This document shows, piece by piece, positions 59,501-64,000 of a DNA stretch of 64,000 bases; the stretch's first letter is position 1; every line of letters starts with the position of its first letter. The position numbers and the translations under genes are program-made. The stretch covers positions 704,001-768,000 of the forward strand of contig CAWIIP010000004.1 in assembly GCA_963836235.1 (NCBI GenBank). The letters run 5' to 3'. The notes beneath the pieces are model-generated. The model did not search any database and was not told the origin of the DNA. It saw only the letters and a program-made list of their open reading frames with translations. The DNA is from an uncultured Pseudomonadota bacterium. Its GTDB lineage: Bacteria; Oederibacteriota; Muellerivitia; Muellerivitales; Muellerivitaceae.

Positions 59501-60811
59501 GAAGAACTGTTAGGAAGGTCTGGAATTACCATTGTCCATCCGGAAGACCAAAAGGCTGTCGGCCAGAGGATAGAGGCCCTTATTCGGGGCGGGAGAACTT
59601 ATCCGACCGAAATCCGGTTAGTTCGGAGGGACGGGGTGGAAATGCACGTGGAAGCATCCTCAATCGGAATCCAATTCGAGGGGAAATCCGCCATTATGGT
59701 CATCTTCCGTGATCTCACGAGCCGGAAACAAGCGGAGGCCATCGCCCGCGAAAATCAAGAACGTTACCGAAGTTTGGTGGAATCCATGCCGGACGCTGTC
59801 ATGGTACATGACGAGGAAAATATCCTTTTCGTGAATCCGGCGGCTTTGAAGATGTTTGGCGCTGGCAATGAAGATGAACTCTTGGGGAAATCCTTTTGGA
59901 TTATTGTTCCCCCTGAATTTCAGGAAACTGTTCGGACCCGTTTAAAAGCCACCATTGAGAGAGGTTCTTTTAATGAACCTGCCGAACGAAAACTTAGGCG
60001 GTTGGACCAAAGTGTTATCGATGTTCTCGTCACGAGTGGACCCTTCTCGGATAGGGGCAGGAGGGTGGTATTGGCGATATTTTCCGATATCACGGCCCGA
60101 AAGGAAGCTGAGCGCAAAGCCCACCGTTACCAGCGCCTAGCGGCCCTTGGGGAATTGGCGGCGGGAATGGCCCACGAAATCCGGAATCCCACTGCGGCCA
60201 TCTCGGCCCAGGCCCAATATCTTCTTAAAAAAACTGAAGACGGAAGCACTTCCCTCGAACAACTAAAGGATATTATCCAGCAATGCGATCGGTTGGATAC
60301 TTTGGTCCATGACACCTTGGACTATTCGCCTGAAAGAAAATTCGAGGAGAGAACCGAGATTCCGGCCAAAGACCTCCTTCAAAAGGCTTTATGGCTGGCC
60401 CAAACCCAATTCGGGCCCAGTCACGCCAGGGTCCAAGTGGAACTGGATCTGCCCCCCAACTTACCGACTTTAAAAGTCCATCCAACACGCATGGAGCGTG
60501 TTTTGGTGAATTTGATCCTGAACGCCTTTCAGGCCATGCCGAACGGTGGGAAACTGTTGTTGCGGGCGGATGACCGCGAGAAACATATGATTTTACGAGT
60601 TGAAGACAATGGCAAGGGCATCACGGACGCGGAAATGGCACGGCTCTTTGAACCTTTCTTCACTTCCCGTAAAATGGGATCGGGTCTGGGACTTGCCATA
60701 TGCCAAAAAATAGTCGAGGAGCATCAAGGACAGATCCGGGTTGAACGAGTGGAACCCCATGGCGCCGCTTTTATCGTGGATTTGCCCTTACCAAAGGAAA
60801 ACCGGTTATGA
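56546..60811 (+). CDS. membrane sensor histidine kinase with eight PAS domains
   Basis: Two TM helices around a helical periplasmic domain; eight PAS/PAC units ending (D/N)+T.RK.AE-like; H-box AHEIRNP, N-box NLILNA, DNGKGI, FEPFFT, GSGLGL. Confidence 0.95.
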   Translation: MIKFLKSLTPKTRILLAFILGGIVILFFGITLVGFLSARRSMEKVNQYDVAIGLARQTDADFQLSISKGKNFAILKDETNRALALEYFKKAQDTFVQLSKAEGDPVGKNLLFRIGAGLHNVEFSLGILISTAKKSDSAEKLYSKYLKDITIDFDNASQAYVDYLEEKIHSAQSDSISETQSDLFFAFAGALLALVGMGISYSIANSLNQALQNETSLEERYRVLTEITEESIMIHDQGIVVDVNPALARLLGYEIPEIIGRHISEFSDSSSARMTEEYLKRGYPKGSYEITGIRKNGTAFPLLVHGHDLVYKGRKLRASSGWDLTEWKKAEKAILENQERFKRFAEVTKEGILIHENGIVIDINQALLDMVGLTFADLVGTDGTSVLSVKSAEQIRKFRKEGYPNDPYEIVLRHKDGTLFPAEVHGRNFSFEGKRLRVASFWNITERKKAEKALFESENRFKRFAEISKEGIFINEEEKIIDLNSTLAHMLGYELKEIIGTEAIGYVTPETTHIARTKLKEKSDEPYEIELRRKNGTVFPAEIHDRNYSLGGKSIRVTSVWNVTERKAAEEALRESKDRFQRLAEVTQEGIMIHDRGTVVDVNPALASMLGYPISEMLGKEKFSFLASESIEIVRKHVEDNYRQPYEITAQRKDGSTFPAEIIGQNFRHNGKELRVASIWDITERKKAEEALRQSESKFRGLIENSYDLITLLDPQGRRLYESPSMERILGYKPGERKGVTFDTQPPEDQEKARKVFAEVLANPGVPYKVELRARHKDGHLINAEMVLTNLLNDPAVGGIVVNGRDVTAKVKAEEALRKSEEHFRSLIEKSHDVISLLQPDGVTHYVSPSIKEALGYDPSERIGRPFHEIVHPEDLEGIQSFLKYLSRNPNITVTSEARVRHKDGRWRHVEGSATNLLDNPDIGAIVLNYRDITEKVEAEKERRQSEENFRNLIEKAPDAVLVSQGEKIVYVNPKILYLLGYDDKEELLGRSGITIVHPEDQKAVGQRIEALIRGGRTYPTEIRLVRRDGVEMHVEASSIGIQFEGKSAIMVIFRDLTSRKQAEAIARENQERYRSLVESMPDAVMVHDEENILFVNPAALKMFGAGNEDELLGKSFWIIVPPEFQETVRTRLKATIERGSFNEPAERKLRRLDQSVIDVLVTSGPFSDRGRRVVLAIFSDITARKEAERKAHRYQRLAALGELAAGMAHEIRNPTAAISAQAQYLLKKTEDGSTSLEQLKDIIQQCDRLDTLVHDTLDYSPERKFEERTEIPAKDLLQKALWLAQTQFGPSHARVQVELDLPPNLPTLKVHPTRMERVLVNLILNAFQAMPNGGKLLLRADDREKHMILRVEDNGKGITDAEMARLFEPFFTSRKMGSGLGLAICQKIVEEHQGQIRVERVEPHGAAFIVDLPLPKENRL

Positions 60812-62154
60812 AAGTTTTGGTCATTGACGACGAAAAATCCCTCGCCAACACTCTTTCGGCTTTTCTGAAAGATCTTGGGTACAAAGTGGAAACTTCCTTC
60901 ACTGGCGTTGCGGGACAGGAAAAGGCGGCCATGTTTAAACCCGACATCGTCCTCATGGACGTCCACCTGCCCGATATCCTGGGTTTGGAAATTCTTGAGC
61001 AGATTAAGGCAAAAGCTCCTTTAACTACGGTCATTATGATGACCGGATCGGGCACGGTAAAACACGCCGTTGACGCCATGAGGAAAGGCGCGGAAGACTA
61101 TCTCACTAAACCTTTAAATTTGGATGAACTTCAACTGCTTCTGGAAAGGGTTGCCGCCACCTTGAAACTCCGGCAGGAAGTGGCCGACCTTAAAAACGCA
61201 CTTCGGGAAGGATATGCCAAGGATTATCTTTTCCTTTCTAGCCCGGCCATGGGAAAGGTCTATGGCCAAATTGAGAAGGTGGCCGCCCAAGAAAACGTCT
61301 CGGTGCTTATCCTGGGGGAAACAGGAACGGGTAAGGAGCACGTGGCTCGGTTGATCCATCTTTTTTCTCCCCGATCCGCAAAACCCTTTATTGAGCTTCA
61401 TTGCGGTGCTTTTCCAGAAACGCTTTTGGAGTCCGAGTTGTTCGGCTATGAAGCCGGGGCCTTTACCGACGCCAAGAAACAAAAAAAAGGGCTTTTTGAA
61501 ACCGCCCAAGGTGGGACGGTATTCCTGGATGAAGTTGGGGAAATGCCACTGACGATTCAAACAAAATTATTAAAAGTTTTGGAGCAAAAGACCCTTCGGC
61601 GGCTGGGTGGAACTCAAGAAATCAAGCTGGATGTCCGAATTATTTCCGCCACTAACCGGGAATTGGATAAGGAAGTAAAAGAAAGCCGATTTCGGGCCGA
61701 TCTTTACTATAGACTGAATGTTTTTCCTGTTTTCATTCCGCCTTTAAGGGAAAGGCAGGAAGATGTCAGAAGTTTGATTGAGTTTTTCTTCAAGGAGTCC
61801 TGCAAATCCTTCGCGAAAACCTTAGATCCGCTGACTCCCGACATTATTTCGGGTTTAGAAGCCTTTCCTTGGCCAGGAAACACGCGGGAATTGAAGAACG
61901 CCATCAACCGGATGGTCCTGAACGCCGAAGGAAAAAAGATCATCCTAGATGACATTCCGGTAGAATTTTTGCAAAGCCGTGTACCCTTTTCCCCGGCAGG
62001 AGATGGGGGAGACCTTTCCATGGCCGATGCCGAGAAACGCAGTATCCTTAAGGCCCTAGAACATACCAGCGGAAATCGATCCTTGGCCGCCCGAGAATTG
62101 GGGATTAGCCGAAATACCCTCCTCAATAAGATTAAGCGATATGGGTTGGAGTGA
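60808..62154 (+). CDS. sigma54-dependent (NtrC/AtoC-family) response regulator
   Basis: REC domain; GETGTGKE, ESELFGYEAGAFTDA, FLDEVGE, FRADLYYRLNV, WPGNTREL, Fis-type HTH; ATGA overlap with the kinase. Confidence 0.95.
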   Translation: MKVLVIDDEKSLANTLSAFLKDLGYKVETSFTGVAGQEKAAMFKPDIVLMDVHLPDILGLEILEQIKAKAPLTTVIMMTGSGTVKHAVDAMRKGAEDYLTKPLNLDELQLLLERVAATLKLRQEVADLKNALREGYAKDYLFLSSPAMGKVYGQIEKVAAQENVSVLILGETGTGKEHVARLIHLFSPRSAKPFIELHCGAFPETLLESELFGYEAGAFTDAKKQKKGLFETAQGGTVFLDEVGEMPLTIQTKLLKVLEQKTLRRLGGTQEIKLDVRIISATNRELDKEVKESRFRADLYYRLNVFPVFIPPLRERQEDVRSLIEFFFKESCKSFAKTLDPLTPDIISGLEAFPWPGNTRELKNAINRMVLNAEGKKIILDDIPVEFLQSRVPFSPAGDGGDLSMADAEKRSILKALEHTSGNRSLAARELGISRNTLLNKIKRYGLE

Positions 62155-62257
62155 ATAAGACGGGTTGCGGTCCGTAGTAAAACCTTTCCATCGAAATGTC
62201 GGAAACTCCCTTTTGATTTCTTCGGGTTTCGCCTTCACCGAAATAATTTTATCTTTC

Positions 62258-62360
62258 ATTCCAAAAAATTGGCAATGCCCCCAATTTGAGCAGATTTTCT
62301 CATGGCGAGAAATGAATCCCTTCGATTTTTCCAACGCATTCACTTGGCATCAGCCTTGCT
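62258..62360 (+). promoter_or_regulatory. sigma54 promoter 1 with tandem upstream activator site
   Basis: -24/-12 TGGCATC-AGCC-TTGCT at 62345-62360; tandem 17-mers at 62258-62292. Confidence 0.75.
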
Positions 62361-62621
62361 CTTACAAATCAAGCTTATTGAAATGCAGGAGGAACGGTGC
62401 TTTTCGCTCAAAAAGTAAAACTCGAAAGACCCAATCTGGAGTCGAAGTAACGGTCGTTGGGACACCGAAAGAGTGGAAAGAAACGCCGGGATTGGTTTGG
62501 TCGTTCTGACATTAGAGGATACAAACCAAACGGCATTATCCCCCCGTTTTGAAACACACCGAACACTGGATTGTCATCAGTGGCCGGAGTTTGCCCAAAT
62601 CTTAACTCGAAAGGGGTTGTC

Positions 62622-63113
62622 GTGAGTGAAGAAATAAAACCTGTTTCTTTAGACGCGTTGGGGAACAAATTGGAAAATCTCAAAAAACGGTTGAATCTTC
62701 CCAACGCCAGTCATTGGCGCCAAATGGGGAAATTGGCTCAGGATTTCACCCTTTGGCTTGAGCGGGCCCGTCCTTGGATGAACTGTGCGGCTCCCTTAAT
62801 CGCGCTTCGAGTGGAACAAATTGCTGGGGAATTGGGCCCTCAGGCGCCTCCCGAGGTGGTCTTGAAAAAATTTTCCGATCTTTTGGAAGAAGCAACCCGC
62901 CATCTTTAGAATCCGGGCCTTCCAATCCAAGTCATTGATTTGGAAACGGAACGAATTTCAAGGGCTTTAATCCTGGAGCAAGAAGAATCTTGTTCCTGGC
63001 CCTCTTCTTCTTGGAAAAGCGTTACGCTTCCCGTTGGTCTCGTGGAAATACCTGAAGTTCTACGGCCACATGGCAATGCTCCGATCCATTTCTGTTTTGT
63101 CATTCCCAACTAA
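62622..63113 (+). pseudogene. hypothetical gene with an in-frame TAG at 62907-62909
   Basis: GTG 62622 after AAGGGG gives 95 aa; the same frame stays open for 67 more codons to TAA 63111-63113. Confidence 0.45.
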
Positions 63114-63265
63114 AACATCAATAAAAATTAAACCGTCGGAGCACTTAAAGGTGCCAGGTAGCTCATAAGGACGAGCCTATGTGAGGTTTCTGTCTAATAA
63201 GTTTGTTTTTGATTTTTCCAGCTTTCATGTCTTGACGGGTTGAGTTTTTTTGCTTTGAAAGTTGG

Positions 63266-63379
63266 TGCTCAAGATTTGCGCATTGCCAAGAACTTGGGCA
63301 ATGAAAAAAGTGGAATTAAGGAAGGAATGCTTGGTTTTAAATGGTTTTTCAAGGTGACAAAGTTGGCACTTTGATTGCT
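63266..63379 (+). promoter_or_regulatory. sigma54 promoter 2 with tandem upstream activator site
   Basis: -24/-12 TGGCACT-TTGA-TTGCT at 63364-63379; TGCTCAAGATTTGCGCA-T-TGCCAAGAACTTGGGCA at 63266-63300. Confidence 0.82.
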
Positions 63380-63427
63380 TTAGCAAATGAGGAATTTGGA
63401 ATTCCGCAGAAAAACTTGGAGGAAAAA

Positions 63428-63958
63428 ATGACGAACTCATTCCCGAAAGGGCGCTTACAAGCCGTCGCGAATGTCCCCGGTATCCAGAATCAAGAACTAT
63501 TTGAAGTGTTCCAAAATGTCCTGGAGAAATGGGCTTTCTTGCCATGCGACAGCATGGGAGCGACGGTGGAAGGCCCGGCTTATTTACCCTTGGAGCGGAT
63601 GGTCGGTTTTTCCGGTCCCATTGAGGGGTTTTTGGTGGTTCGGGCTCCTGAGCGATTCGGCCAGTATCTTTGGGAAAATGTCTCGGGTGATGACAAGGCC
63701 CCGAACGCCATTCCCCATGGGGATGCTTTTAGTGAATTCGTGAACCTTTATTTTGGCCATCTTCTGACGAACTTGCGGGAATTGGCCCAAGGAACCTTCG
63801 ATCCCTACTTGCCCCAACCCAGTAATCCGACTTTATGGCCCAAACACCAACCGGAGGCCGCTTTGGCCATTTTGGTGGAGGACATGCCGGTAGAAGTCCG
63901 GCTTTGGCTTGGTAAGGCTTCCAGCAACGGATCCACTCCTGGAATTTCCCATGAGTGA
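63428..63958 (+). CDS. CheX-like chemotaxis phosphatase-family protein
   Basis: RBS GGAGG, ATG 63428; VLEKWAF, VGFSGPIEG.L, DAFSEFVNL..GHLL (ExxN motif). Confidence 0.7.
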   Translation: MTNSFPKGRLQAVANVPGIQNQELFEVFQNVLEKWAFLPCDSMGATVEGPAYLPLERMVGFSGPIEGFLVVRAPERFGQYLWENVSGDDKAPNAIPHGDAFSEFVNLYFGHLLTNLRELAQGTFDPYLPQPSNPTLWPKHQPEAALAILVEDMPVEVRLWLGKASSNGSTPGISHE

Positions 63959-64000
63959 GGATCTTTCGATCTCACAAGAACTGGACCGGAAACTCTCTCA
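63951..64000 (+). CDS. start of the next gene (3'-truncated)
   Basis: ATG 63951 overlaps the previous stop; reads MSEDLSISQELDRKLS and stays open to the window end. Confidence 0.45.
   Translation, partial: MSEDLSISQELDRKLS

Noticed and set aside
62460-62490. CGAAAGAGTGG, reminiscent of a c-di-GMP-I riboswitch
   Set aside because: The required upstream GGCAAAC and downstream GACGCAAA elements are absent.
63130-63200. Small hairpins between the two sigma54 units as an ncRNA
   Set aside because: Stems are short and imperfect and match no RNA family I recognise.
1747-63427. Extended upstream starts in the ORF track (1747, 3647, 12071, 12149, 29651, 62571, 63341)
   Set aside because: Downstream starts have better RBS and/or signal peptides, and several extensions run through promoters or neighbouring genes.

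Overview
Gene-dense chromosomal segment of a diderm (outer-membrane) bacterium, dominated by carbohydrate utilisation and cell-surface genes. The Thr-Pro-Asn stalk proteins with FlgD/T9SS-like tails resemble those of the uncultured FCPU426 lineage (inference only). Left third: XylF, a GH31 alpha-xylosidase, a GH2 beta-galactosidase, a sugar-binding lipoprotein and a GH44 endoglucanase whose signal peptide is split by a +1 frameshift, plus galE, an IMPase-family gene, a diguanylate cyclase and mazEF. The centre (25-45 kb) is the best candidate for an undescribed system: three tandem paralogous SLH-like + coiled-coil + large beta-barrel (OmpM-like) proteins interleaved with three paralogous CBM11/CIA30-like lipoproteins. 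They are flanked by Thr/Pro-stalk CBM lipoproteins, a sugar-binding protein, a clan GH-A hydrolase and a CBM-inserted acetylesterase, which together look like a polysaccharide utilisation locus without SusC/SusD or TonB. Next come two ~1400-aa surface proteins with unrelated N-terminal heads and a nucleotide-identical ~1.7-kb stalk/anchor cassette 6977 bp apart. The right end has an 8-PAS histidine kinase, an NtrC-family regulator, two sigma54 promoters sharing a tandem upstream activator site, and a CheX-like gene. No rRNA, tRNA, CRISPR array or transposase was seen. All family calls come from motif recognition by eye, not from database searches.
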